Shown piece by piece: positions 37,024 to 51,100 of a stretch of 64,000 nucleotides of DNA. Numbering within the stretch: position 1 is the stretch's first letter; every line of letters begins with the position of its first letter. The notes under the pieces were generated by a model that searched no databases, had not been told where the DNA came from, and saw only the letters and a list, made by a program, of their open reading frames with translations. This stretch comes from Botryllus schlosseri (lineage: Eukaryota). Both the position numbers and the translations under genes were made by a program. Where the stretch lies: positions 3,720,001-3,784,000 of the forward strand of contig CM119374.1 of NCBI GenBank assembly GCA_051294905.1, given 5' to 3'.

Positions 37024-38699
37024 CAGAGGTCTCAAACTCAAATGTGCTCGCGGGCCAATTCCTACTTTTTGACGGCGCCGCGGGTCGCAGCACCAATAAT
37101 AGGGGAATTCAAAGTAGGCCTTATTTCCGGGTTTCGAGCATAGGCCTACTCCTGATAACTATAGGCTATATTGATCATGTCGTTACCAAAGTCAAATAGA
37201 ATCAGCGTTTGATTTTACCTTCGAATGTTGGAACAGGTAAATAACAACTTGAACATAATGGATATACTGTGCCATAGCAATAGAAATCTGCAATCGCCGA
37301 AGAATCCATTGGTGTTACAGCTGTAAAGCGTAGGCTACGACTAGTTAGTACTCGCCACATTAAATTGGCGACAATGACATATATAATGATACCCAAGATG
37401 ACACAGGATGTATTCAACTATACATCAAAGAGGTAACATGATGCCAATGGCGTTTGCCATACCTGCTTAGATATCTAAATAAGCTACGCAACGCAAGCTG
37501 CCACCTTTTGATATTTTACCATTTCTCATACCAGTTTTCATAGTTTGTTCATAGTGTCCTGTATGGTGTGGACACAAGCAAATCACACGGCTCAGTGAAA
37601 TTGGTCTACGTCACACTTTTCGTTTGGTCAAAGGAAATTTGACTGTAATTTTTGACCGGCTTGTCCAGCATTAAATTTGATAAAACGGGTATCGATGGGA
37701 AGAAACCGGGGGTGCAGACTAGATGACCTTACTATGAAGGCCGTATCGCATCTCCGTCGTCAAAGCATCTCGATGGTGCAGGCGAAAAAGAATACCACAT
37801 CTCTCTCTCTATCACCGTACTGATTGCGAAAATATTTATTTTATTCTGGTCGTGTCCCTGGAACTCTCCAAAATAAGCCTCGAATGTTGTATTGTAAGTG
37901 AGTTTGGTATTGTGACGCAACGATGCCGTCTGAGCAGCTCAGGAGCAACTGTGCATGAGAGTGAGAGTGTGAATGCTCAATCGCTTGCGCAACAATGGCC
38001 AATACGCTTGCAGCTTGCGGTGCTCCTCACCTGCTCCCAGACGTAATTGCTGCGTCACAATACCAAACTCACTTACAATGCAATATTCGAAGCTTATTTT
38101 GGGGAGTTCCAGGACCACGAGCAGAATAATTTTATATTTTCGCAATCAGTATCGCGGTAGCTTTCGATTGATACCCGTTTTATTAAATTTCATGCTCGGC
38201 AAGCCGGTAAAAAAATACAGTCAAATTGCATTTGACCAAATGGAAAGTGTGACGTACACCAATTTATCTGAGCCGTTAGATTTGCTTCTGTTCCCACCAT
38301 ATAGGACACCATGGTTTGCTGCGTGCGTGGTTGCACCAAGTCACAAAAGTCCTTCTCTGATTGTAACGTAAGTAGTACTCGTGAGTGATTCTACAGAAAG
38401 TCGCGCCCTAGTCCAAATCACAATTTTCAGTCACGAATCATCAACGGGTCATGTTTTACGATCATAAACAAGTAAAGTCACGTCATAGTTGATCTTCCAC
38501 TGCGTGGTAATTTTTGAAAGTGATGTATTAGTGAAGTTTGATGAGTAGTTTATTCAGGCTTCTGGAGTAGTTTTACAGCGAGTTGCAAGTTCTCAAGTTA
38601 AAAAAAATTAGAGTTCAATATTGTCGAATACTTCGAAATCCAAAATGCCGTCGCGGGCCGCACAAAATGGTCTCGCGGGCCGCGTGTTTGAGACCTCTG
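37024..38699. mobile_element. CAGAGGTCTCAAAC-family non-autonomous hAT element (1676 bp) with an inner hairpin element ~37808-38160
   Basis: TIRs; perfect TSD ctgtagtg; empty site ctatagtg in the paralog near 47291. Confidence 0.93.
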
Positions 38700-40493
38700 C
38701 TGTAGTGCCTTGTCGGGAGTATCAGCATATCCATAATTGGATGGTGCGGTAGCGAGCGACCAAACTCTATAGTCTTCTCAACCATAGCCCTGCTATATGA
38801 AGCACTGGCGTCGCCAATGCCGCTAGCAGCATCGGGGATGTGATTGATTGAATTCCATGCTTGAAACGATAATTATGACGAAACCGAAAATGTTTGGCTC
38901 GTCAGTGGGAAACATTTTGGCATTGGCAGGTTTCGGCACATTGTATACGAAATGCTGATGACCCGTGTCCTAGTGTCACCTAAACCGGGAAATTTTTAAA
39001 ACTAGAAAATTAGGATTGCAGTCAACGGGGAATAAATATCGGACATCTAAAAATACTCAGCAACGTTACTGAAAATTTTGGAAAACTGATGACTGAGGAT
39101 CCAGATCATATATAAAGGACCCACCTTTCAATTCGGCGTGCTGATTACTAAAAACTGGTCATCACTCTCGCCGAAACCTAGTCACGGCTTTAAGTGGAAA
39201 AGCTGGCGATGATGTGCGCAGTCATTGCAATTCTGCAATTATGAACTCGTCCCCTACGCCTTTAGATAGAAACTCAACCAAGATTATGGCATAGTTTTTT
39301 TACGTCTTGTGTAACGATTTCTATATATATCCAATCAAATTAACCAAGTACTACTACGAAAGATCTATGAATTATTCCACTGCGCCGTGCACATGCGTAT
39401 TTATTTTACTGCGTGTCAAAAATAGTTTGAGAACCACTAGGTTAATATATCTGCCAGACGTCAACAATGCTTCAAGTGAGGGAGGCTTAATAAGGTTCGC
39501 AAGTTGGGGTAGCGAAAGGATTAATATATCTGCCAAACGTCGACACTGGGTCAAGTGGACAGGATTAATAGCGGATGTAAGCTGTTGTAGCGAAAGTTTT
39601 AATGAATTTGCTCCAGTATAGTAAGTCTGCAAATGTTGAAATAGTGTCCTATTTTCAGATTTCCAAAATATGGCAACTCTACTACGCATCAAAGTCGATA
39701 GCAATTATGTCATGACAACTCTTCTGCATCCATGTCCTAACCGCACCAGGCACGAATTGATTTAAAATTTAATGAATCAATTTTGTCAACAACAATGTTA
39801 CTTGCATATATTGTGAGTCGCCTCGGTATAACGGTGGGCTCATTGGACAAGGGCAAGATTTTCTCGCACTTAGACATATGAATATCGAAGAATTCGGCGA
39901 AGATGCGTATATCATTTTGTGCAAATATTTCATCACCGATGATCCTGTTGCGAATGCAGACGCGGACTCGCATGTTGGCCGACACATTCTCTCATATTTG
40001 CGAACATAGTTAGACTCAACTCTATAAATTACGAGTGTTTCTAATTAATTATTTTCAGGAGGAGTACCAATACTAAAAGTAAGAAATCGAATGACAATAA
40101 ATCGCGCGAAGTGCTACGAGATAAATAGATATCCAGTCTAATAAATCTGCCACGAAATGTTACACCTTATGGTCATGTAAGAAGATCTTCGAAAAATGTG
40201 GCTGACCCCTGGTCAATGCATCGAAACTGATATTTTAGTCGCCAGCATCCCAAATTTCGCCGTCAGGCTTATCAAGTTTAGTTGACCTGGTAAGTTCACA
40301 GTAAATCACCTGGGTAATTTATTTTTGGATATTATAACTAATTTCGAGAAATACTTCGCGGGCTACTCAAAACCTTCTGGTCGGCTAGACCGCATAACGC
40401 TACAGTATACACCATGTCTTTATTTTATTTCAAGAAATAAGATGTAGATAGTCATGTAACATATCGTTATATCATCGGCATATCACGCATACG

Positions 40494-40751
40494 AATATTC
40501 ATGGGCAATAGCTGAATTAGAACTGCCTACCTAAACACAATTCTTACAATGCTACATCGACTAAATTGTTTGATCTTAATCAATGCATTGCAAAAATCTT
40601 TATTGCAGGATGCTGTAATAAAATATTCGTGGGCAATAGCTGAATTAGAATTGCCTACCTAAACATAATTCTTACAATACTACATCGACTAAATTGTTTG
40701 ATCTCAATCAATGCATTGCACAAATCTTTATTGCAGGATGCTGTAATAAAA
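40494..40751. repeat. Local tandem duplication, 2 x ~128 bp
   Basis: gggcaatagctgaattagaa recurs at 40503 and 40631. Confidence 0.9.
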
Positions 40752-41021
40752 TGAAGTGACACGAGGGAGGTGGACAGGAGTTCGAAATTACTAAAATGAC
40801 CAACAACTTATTTTTAAATCTATTCGAATGGAATTTTTGTAGATTCGCCGACGTGCAAAATCATTCATCATGCAACGGAAACGTTGTTTTATACATGAAA
40901 GTCGTTTTCATTAAAGATTTTATCGGGATAAATTCTGTAGACTAGCGTTATCGAAAATTCTGATTTTATAATTGTCATTCCAAAAACGTTTTACAATTCG
41001 GATATCTTACTAATACTATGC

Positions 41022-41244
41022 CAGTGGTTCTCAACCTTGAGGGGCGCGAAGAGACGGTCAACTGAATTTTTTTTTCGCTCATATTTTAATTCTCTCATCA
41101 ACAGTCATAACCTTCCACGCCCTCAAACCATCTCTTTAGGTTGCTAGCATCCCGGTTGGATTTTGTGATATGACGATAAGGGAGGTGCGAAATTTTTCAC
41201 TATCATAAATAGGGGCGTGTCTAAAAATAGGTCGAGAACCACTG
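41022..41244. mobile_element. CAGTGGTTCTCAAC-family MITE
   Basis: TIRs; TSD tactatgc/tactatcc. Confidence 0.82.
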
Positions 41245-43944
41245 TACTATCCAAATATACTGAAAAGTTACACCACATTATCAGGAATGTAATGACATGA
41301 GTCATGACTAAACATTAGTCAGATTCGAGTCGAGAATTTTTGTTGATTAGACTTGGGTCAATTTCTGTGTTGACTCTTTCTGTACTCATAACTTGGGCGA
41401 TTTTTGACATTAAAATTTTCTTCACCCTCGGCGCGATTCGGGGTAACTTGAGTGGTTTCGTTTTTACCATAACACTGTGCTTGCTCCCCATAAAAAATAC
41501 CAAGTTGAAATCGTTTGCGTCCACGAATCAATTTTTTTTCTGGTACGCTTGAGTGATTCCAATACATTTTGACTATACCGACAATCCTGATGGTCCTGAG
41601 GTCTGGAAATACCAACATGCAACAAAGTGATTATTAAAAACCTGAATTTGCATCATTAATACTTTGCCCGAATTTTTCATAGCTCTACCGTTTAACCTGA
41701 TCAAGTGGGCTGAGAATGAATAACATTTTGACAGCAATATATGGAACTACCTACATTTATCGATTTAATTCATTCAATAGGTTGAAAAAAAATTCCGCCC
41801 TTGCGTGACAAAATCTTTATCCCAATTACTTTTATAGTCGTTTATCCTACCGATTTTGGTGCTTAGCTTACATAGTAAGCCTCCAGTGATGATCTGCTTC
41901 TACAAGTAGGAAATTTATACGCTAGCTATATGATCTTAAGAAATCATGCTCTGATAACATAGAACAACAGTGTGAGGTTTCCAGTAGCCAATTTAACATG
42001 AGTATACCATCCTTCCATATGAGCCATGACGACTCGCCACTGGAATGCCGCCGTATGCTATATATGTAATAGAAATACAGCTTGATACAGAATCGGTTTA
42101 TTATCCTATGTGGTCATGGTTGTACGAGTTTTGAGTAAACGTCAAAAGGCTGTACCACGACGAAAACGGTTGAAGAGCACTGGTCTACACGATCCACTCT
42201 GAATGACAGTCAAGCTGGAAATGCTAAAGATATAAAAAAATATATATTATAAGTTGCAGTTCCAGTATCTTTCGTTGCACTACAACAAATTTTAAATAAT
42301 TCTACAATTATACCTGATCTAACTACTGGAATTCATCATAGGGACAGATTTCGTTAAAATAAAGCTTTTTTCATCTAAAATTTGTCAGTTTTTAAGTAAA
42401 AAACGTTTTGCCTGGTCACACTATATCGTAAGGACAAACAGTTCTAACCAAAAATGAAGATAAGTAGTAGAATTTTAACATTATGTCAGAAAAGATCTAA
42501 TTTGCATACATGAGGTAGAAATTTGGTCAAAATTAAGTTTTTGAAGTCAGAATCGTCCGTTTTAGGTAACAAAAATCGCCCTAGTTATGGCCTACTGTAG
42601 TACTGCATACCTACATCCAATAATGGTTAGTGTTGGTAGACACTCATTTTAACTGCATCAACTTCCAATAATTATATAATCGAAATTAAGGTATTATCGT
42701 TGCTGCTATTCCAGGGTTGTTATTTTCATCATATCCGTATGGTAAAAACGCTTTTTCCCCCTTTTCATTTTCGACTTGGACATTGTGACGCCATATGTGT
42801 CACTAGATCTAATTAAGCGGAGTCAAATTGGAAGGATGATGCGGAAAACTTAAATTTCGATTATCAGCAGATGTTTTCCGGGAATAATATAAACATTTAA
42901 CTAAACTTTCGCAATCTCCACAACTTTCCAAATAACCAAATTTGGTGTGCAGCGTTTTTTAGGGTAACCTGACAATTTATTCACTGACTGGCTTGAATCT
43001 AGAAAAAAAAGTTATTTTTGAACAGCCCTACTGTACAGTGTGCAGTTGCACACTGAGTTTTCATGACATAAATGTTATCAATTTTATAGCGTAGTCATAA
43101 GTATTGTTTTCAAAAAAGGGTTATCAACATTCAAATTGCCCGCGCAATCGTTGGTAAATCTGATGTGGCGCTTTGGCCGAAAAGGCTGGCCACCCCTGAC
43201 ATAGATAGAATTGGACATTATTCACAAATTACAATTCAGTTGCATAGAGGAAGAAAGAAGCAATATGCATCTTCGCGATGCAGTCACAAATTGATGCAAT
43301 TTTTGGAATTATACCATGGTATTGTGACAGAGCAAATATATCGCCTGGTTATAAAATTGATGTACATATAACCAAACGCTCCTTCACACTTATAAAAATT
43401 AAAAATATTTGTAGTATAGCTTAGCTGGCTGGCTCGGACAAATGATTAAGAAATACTGCAAGTCCTAGTCCTTGAATACTTACTATTTGCATGTAGACTA
43501 GACATATGCTATTTGCCTATACTTCCTAAATTTCGTTTATGACCAATGTCTATCAGTAGTGAAAGTGTGTGTGATTGTAATCAGTGCAGAGTGTAATGAG
43601 AAAATTAGTAAGATGCATCTCTGTATTAGCTGCTGAGTAACACACAAGAGCAATACTTCGATTGTTTTATCTACATTTTAATCATACAGTATGGGATGTA
43701 TGTCGTGTTCGGATGATTCATACATATTAGGTTACTAGAGAGTCCATGTTATGAAAACTGATAAAATATGAAAGAGGGAGGAAATTTAGAAAGGCAATCC
43801 TTCATGCATAGTGAATAATTCGAGCTGCGCCACAATGAAACAATTTTGCATGTCAACGTTAATCATATGTTTGAATATGTTTAATGGTTATATGATAGTC
43901 ATTTAAACGTCACTGGGCATGTAATTTTCGAGGTAAATTGGTAA

Positions 43945-44076
43945 TACTGTCGGAGTCGGGGTTGGAGTCGGAGTCGTAGTTAGAGTCGGTATTTTCAAAG
44001 ATTCAAGAGTCGGAGTCGGTCCATTGAAAATGTGTGGAGTCGTAGACGGAGTTGGAGTCGGTGGTAAAATTTATTG
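43945..44076. repeat. (GGAGTC)n subterminal array and right end (ggcaacactg) of another MITE family
   Basis: Repeated ggagtcgg; the left end was not identified. Confidence 0.55.
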
Positions 44077-45622
44077 GCAACACTGAAGTTGTGCGTACAC
44101 TACTGATGGCACACCGCGTTGCTTCATTACGACAACGTTGCCTGCATCACAATTTTTCATTATTCGGTTTTTGATAGAACAAATTCCTACGCAGTCTTGC
44201 TTCAGTTAGGATATTGCGGAACGTTAAGCATTACACCATGTCAGCCTATTTGTTTCACCTAACCGTTCATTATTCAAAATGAGCATAAAATGTTGCGTCT
44301 ACAACGGTAAGCCTATAAAGTAGGCTACAAGATGTAAAATAATAAGTTCCCCGACAGTGCAAATCTACGATAAAAAAGAAATGCAGGAATTTTGACTAAT
44401 TTTGACGAAATTTTGACTTATTTTGACATGTCCGAAAAATCGCCTGAATTATTACCTTACAACTTGGAATAAACAGTGCAGTGTAAAATGTGTTGCAGTT
44501 GCAAAACCATCAAAACCGTTGAGTAATTTTCATACCGGTAATCAGTTGCTGACATTGCAGTATTGTCCACAATGGATCACAATACCGTCTAGGGCTATTT
44601 CAGTGTGGCGAGAGAGGACATCCTTTTATCTATATATCATAAAAGTTGGTTCGATAGTAGCTTTCCGTTAGTACCGTAGTACTGCACCTGGTCGCAGCCT
44701 GGCATGTTATCAGATTCATAGCTCAAGAATCCAGCAATAAGATTGTCGATTTCTGCCATCCTTATCTATTCGAAACCCGGAGCTCAGGCGAATTACGTAC
44801 TACAAAATATCTAAAGAACATACTTTTCAGTCAGGGATATCAGTAAAGCCTACCAAAACATCTGAGACAAACGACCCTGCTGCAATGTCAAAACGAGCTC
44901 ATTGTATGGATATTCTCACATTAAATATCTTCAATAATATTAACCGTATTTCTATACCTTACAGTACATGGATTTGATGATCCGTTACGCCATTAGGTAG
45001 CAGAATTTGTTTAAATTGATCCGTTGCGCCAAGTCTTTTCATGTACCGTACTCTCTCCCTGACGAACCACCAATTCACATAACTAACGGAAGACGAAACC
45101 GCTCTACCGTAACGAAAGTGGTGACGTCTCTGCGTCTCAGGGAAATATGTCTAGTCGATATTACTGATATAATACTCACTTGTGGTTTGGTCAGTTGAAG
45201 AATATTATTTTTCATAGCCCATGATTTTATGTAATTCCAAACCTACGTATTGATTATGTTGAATGGAAAATTGATGACAAATTACCAAGTATAAATTTCC
45301 TTGGAAGTAATGGCAATTGCGAAGTGTTACATATAAACGGTAAAATACGCAGAAGTGTTGTTACGATAATAGCCCAATGTGTTTATATGCCCAAACAGTG
45401 TGACTGTACGCGGAATAATGTGTTACGAAGTGTTCGATACGAACTTGCAGATTTAGAGTGTAAAACCAGATGAATACTCCCTGCGCGTATTCAATTACCT
45501 AGTAATCGCACGGACTGGCCCCCAACTCAGACACGAAAAAGACTCGCATATATGACACAGATTTGTGAATTCGGGATTTTATTACTGGAAGAGATATATT
45601 TCTGGTCGTATTAGCAAGTTGT

Positions 45623-46155
45623 TTATTCAACTGAGCGGCAATATTTCATGGCGATGCCCTGTTGAACGTTTTTGATCTTGCCGACCATGTTAAACCTTGT
45701 CAAAACCATACCGCCCAGGAGGAGGACGATGCATAGCGATAGGTTACCAGCATCCATTCCTAACTCCTGATAGAATTCATCAGAATCAATCACAGCTGCG
45801 AGATATGTAACCCCGAACAAGGCTTGAACTGTGAACGTTGGAAACCCAAGACAGACAATATACAATGCGATGGTAGTGCGCAATGCGCCGATCGCCTGCC
45901 TCAAGTCATTTTTGTCTTCTTGGCTCAATCGCAATTTGATGTCATGAAGATCTGGCGTGATCGGCAACCGGTGACGGTACATCAAACAGCAAACGCATAA
46001 GAGTATAGAAATAGAAAACATTTGTAGTGTCAGTAAGAAATAGCGTGGCCAAAAGAGAGATGCGACGAACTCTACGGTCGCGATGACGCAGGTTATCCAC
46101 ATCACTACCTGACCCTCTAGATCACGTAGGTCGGCTTCGCTCATGTTCACGAGAT
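45623..46155 (-). CDS. Unrecognised four-TM protein, paralog 2, terminal exon
   Basis: Same acceptor and phase; ORF intact with one 3-nt indel; AATAAA on - at 45578-45583. Confidence 0.78.
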
Positions 46156-46970
46156 CTGTAACAAGAGTAAGATAAGAAGGCCGTGTACTTTCACAGGGTA
46201 TACGCCGAAGCCTATATGTTACATGGTTCCGGTAATGCTACAGCCGAATGCATCGAATTACAGAAGTTACCGACTGCCGTAAATCAGACGGGTCTCCGAC
46301 AGCAATGCTACGTCGTCTCAAATCTATTTACCATGCGACGTTTATTCCGAAAAGGCAGAACGGAAAACATGCTAACGGAGTGAGTGAAGAATTTTCATTA
46401 AGAAAATGGACCTAAGCTAGGGCGAAAACGCCGAAAGCGGTCGCATGCGGTAACACGCAAACATTGCTCAAAAAACATAACGCAACTGCTATATACAATA
46501 AACTATAATATATGAGGTCTGAGTGAATAGGTCCCTATCATTACATATTTATTCAAATCCAATCCTGCCTATGTGCACTTTAATGAAATTGAAGTGTTGG
46601 AAGGAAGCAGTCGATGTACTGTCTGCATCATCGCGATGCCTTGATGATGTAGATGCAATCGGTCGGTTTGGTTTACGGGTCTGTAACAGTACCGTTTCCC
46701 TCTCCACTCAACCTCAGTGTGACATTTGGTGCTTAACGGGTAGGATACGAGTTTTTCGAGCAGTCATTGATTAGATTCGATTGGGGTTCAAACCTAAGAA
46801 CTACATATCGAGAATTCAACGCTCTATCACTTTCTCTCATTCCTGGTATGCACTGACTCATTTCAAATTACAATAAAGGGAGCTTCAAAAGAGGAAGTTT
46901 CTGATGATGCATGCAAATTAACTGTACAATCTCACATGCTCGGTCAAAGCCGTGATAGCGAAAATCTCAC

Positions 46971-47016
46971 CTTTTGGACTGGCATACAACACTTTCGATA
47001 GACTTACGCGACCCAT
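46971..47016 (-). CDS. Probable first coding exon of paralog 2 (MGRVSLSKVLYASPK)
   Basis: 111-nt exon 46971-47081, cag acceptor, gtgaga donor, phase 1. Confidence 0.55.
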
Positions 47017-48159
47017 AATGACAACCGGCACTCGATCAACACCCCAACGCTTATTTTGCGATTAACGGATAACATCAACGTCTGCAATAGAAGTTGCAGT
47101 GCTCCACACGATATGGCGCCACGTCTCCTCATGTAACCTACCGGTTAACTATCTGTCTCATCCAACAGCACCGATACCAAGTCCTACGCGAGTTCATTCT
47201 TGATATTAAGCAATTATTAGACTCGACGGCCAGAACCTATCACCTCGGAAATTGAAAAGTTGAAACCGATTGCATTGATGACGCAGTACACTATAGTGCC
47301 TTGTCAGGAGTTTCAGCATATCCATAGCTACATGGTGCGGTAGCGACCAAAATCTATACTCTTCGCAACCATAGGTTTCCCCACCGCCGCAAATGGTGGG
47401 TATTGTTCCGGATTTATGATCGCATATTTACCGCCGAGGTGACTGAAGTCGCGACTTTATTTATTCACTGTGCATATTTCATTCCATGCACGTCAGGTGG
47501 TAACATTTTGACATTGACATGTTTCGGCACGTTGTATACGAAATGCTGATGACCCCGTGCCCTACTGTGACCTAAACCGGGAAAAAATTTAAACTAGAAA
47601 ATCAGGATTGCAGTCAACGGGGAATAAATATCGGACAGCTAAATATACCCAGCAACGTTACTGAAAATTTTGGAAAAATGATGACTGGTGAAAAGGGTAA
47701 TCACTTTCAGCCAGATCATATATAAAGGGCAATGCAGTGTGTATTGAGTTTCATAACTGATTGTTCAGTTCACGGACCCGATAATGCTAGTCCGGGTATC
47801 TCCGACGCCCAAACCATGTGTTTATAATCCACTGTTCTATAGGCTCTGTTGTAGAGCGAAAGACGACCGCGGTCTAAGTGGTTAACGCAATAATCCTAAA
47901 TAGGATTATCATCTAATTCAAGGAAGGCTTCCGAAACTTTTTACCGTCACGATACCAACTTTCAATTTGATAATGTTCCAAGACCCCACCTTTCAATTTG
48001 GCGTGTTGGTTACTAAAAACTGGTCATCACTCTCGCCGAAACCTAGTCGCGGCTTTAAGTGGAAAAGCTGGCGACGATGTGCGTATAGTCATTGTAATTA
48101 TGCAATTATGAACTCGTTCCCTACGCCTTTATATAGAAACTCAACCAAGATTATAGCAT

Positions 48160-51100
48160 CCCAGCAAACACCCGATATCCCATGGATTTACTGGTATGTC
48201 CACAATTGTTCCAACTCAGCCCACCTCCCACGGTTAGTCACTGACGACTTGCTCAGTTTGTCACAAACTGGACGTCCAGTTATGTAACTCAAGATGACTT
48301 CCAGTGGAATAAATTTTTAGAATATTCCTATTCCCGTCACCAATGAATATTCCAGAGGATGTCATAGTAGTATGTCACCTGGATGCCACGTACATAGGAG
48401 TTCATCAGGATGCCCCTACTTTGATATCGCTTTCATGGGGTCCAGCTGGCTTGTTGAAAATGGCATATTATCATTATTCTTCCCCATGTGGGATGTACAT
48501 ATCGCGAAAGAAATCGTAAGACATACAGGCTTATAGCCATTTATCAGTGTACTGGTTTTATGAAAATATATCGCAATCCTGCGGTGTATTGATTTGATGA
48601 AATTGTTAATAAGCTGAATTATAAAGAGGCATATTGCTGGACCCATATAAGCGTGCACAACTGCACAATTGTGCAGTGTGCACATCATGGCGAAATTCGT
48701 GTTCTGAATATATATCCCGATATAGCGAAATACTGGAACAAATGTGCGCATCAATGTGAAATTGTGATGCAAGTGGCGGCATCACAACGTGATTCACTAA
48801 GGATGATACGCCATGATTATTTGTAGCACACAGCACGTCTCTACAATCGCGGCCCTATCGTGAAAACCAGACAGACATCTTCAAACCAGACAGCCTTCTT
48901 CCTTCTCCGTCACGTGTTACCTGCGCAGTCTAGCGCGACGCCGCGTGCATCTGAGATTTGAATCTGAGTTGATGTCTGTGTGACTGATGAGACGAGTTTC
49001 TTACAGATAATGGACGCAGACAAAACAGTAATTGATTAGATTGAGAAGCTGTACGAAGCAAAAACAGAAGACTTGCTGTCTGTTGTTAGTGTTGTTGATT
49101 CAGAAACTCTACCTGAACCGCTCCAACAGAGAAACAGTTTGAAATGGTAAGAGTTCTAATTTTTAGAATGATGCGTAAATAGACCTAACTATACCGTATA
49201 CAATTCTTGTGAGCGTAATTTAGCTTCTCCTTTTTCGTTGATAGTTTGTGTTCAATATCGATATATGGTAGAACATTAATTGTTTGCTACGCCTCATTAT
49301 TTCTTCGAATGCAGATACGCCATACTCTGAAGTGTGAATACGCTGTAATATGATTGAAACGCCATAAACACCGATTTGCTGATTCATTCCAATAGCAATG
49401 CTTTGCTGGTCGGTAGAATGAATGTTCCTCAAGATATTGATAAAAATATCTTGTGTATTTGCGTGGTCATATAGTAATCTAAGTAATGAGGCAATTATAT
49501 ATTGCTTGATCACTGGCTAACTCTATGAAATATACTAGTTTGATTGCGCCCGAGACTGGTTGCCGCCATTGTGGATTATTCCCAATTTACAACTCTTTTT
49601 GAACTTGAAAGTATTCTGCTGACTTTTCCTTCGAAAACCTTATAAAATGAGTACATTTACTGAATAGTAGGCATATGTCTCATATACAACCTCTATGAGT
49701 AATTGAGTATGAACAAGTGCAAGTTATATACTTTGATAGGATACCATGATTGATTATTATCAAGTTCATTGTTGATGACTATGCACCTTTGCTGTACATG
49801 AAACGCTCTTGCCGTGGCCAAATTCACTATGTATATATAGCCGCATATGTGTAAATTGTCCAGTAACGTCAACGGCAAGGTAACTGATGTGATATACAAG
49901 CATATTTTTTGAACGTGATAGAAGGCATCGTTTTAAAATTGGGTTGAACCCCTCTGTAAGGTAAGGAAATGCATGTGCTGCAATCAAACCCTCAACTCAG
50001 AGCAACGGTTTGGCCTATATTGCCCAGCAAATCGCGGCTATCAGAATGTATTATCGAATTACTAATGATGATGTAATCATACTCCTTCCAAGTGTTTCAC
50101 AGCAGCCAATATTCTCGCTAACAATAACCTGATAACTGATTAGTGTGTAAACGTACTATTGGCAGCATGCTTGCACCCGCATCGGTTTGTTTTTGTTTCG
50201 CGTACTGTCAGATGACTTTAATACAACCATTCTGATTATTTCAATTTGTTAGATATCAGCAATATCTGCCATTTGTGATGACCAAGTCAAGCAGACTGTA
50301 CGAAGAATGCATTATAGAGTGCGCAGTGTACCGTCAACATAATGAAGTTTTAAACTACAGCACGGGCTTCAACTCGATAAAAAAGAGCACGGAGCAAGTG
50401 GTGCCTGTATAATATCATTTTCTGTGAGTTGCATGGTAATCCTACCTATCATATCCGAAAATCAATGTTCATAATCAGAAGCTATTCTCTGGCACCGGAT
50501 GCGAAATCCATTCATCAACAATGTCAAGTGTTGCGCCATACCCCGGTATCAAAGTTGAAGAGCAAACGAAGGTAACATAAATACTTGGATACAATTTGCA
50601 AAAACCGAAGGTGGTTGAAGAATTTTTGGTTGGTACTCAATCAGTCATAGCGTCATACATTCCTGCTCAAGTTCAAGTAGCAGTTAGTGACCGAGTGTTC
50701 AAGTAGAAGTAGATAATCAAGTTCTGAAAATTGCACGAGTATCAAGAAGTGGATTAGCCCGAATTGTCGAATTCTTTAGAGTGTAATCGTAAGTGACCAT
50801 TTTCGAATATAGGTATAGTCAAGGTGAAAGTATATCAGCATCGGTACTCCAGTAGCACCAGAAGCAACATTCTAAATTTCTACTCCAGCGTACGCAGCAG
50901 TTTACAAGCAATGTTAAAACTACAAGCGGAAATAAAATTGGAACTCAAGTAAAGCATCAAATTTCTAATCACGTGTACGTAGAGATCTATAAGGCATGTA
51001 AAAACTGCTTTTCGTACAAGCAGAAATGGAGTTAAAATAACTCAAGTAATTTGTTTGATGGAGTAGATTTGGTCTACGTCAGAAGTGGCCAACCCATGGC

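Noticed and set aside
48984-49000. CTGATGAG as a further hammerhead (also CTGACGA at ~45059 and ~48242)
   Set aside because: No GAAA, stem III or stem I partner follows.
49007-50571. Exon-like pieces MDADKTVID*IEK... and MSSVAPYPGIKVEEQTK as a host gene
   Set aside because: In-frame stop, no consistent downstream exons, and located inside a TIR element.
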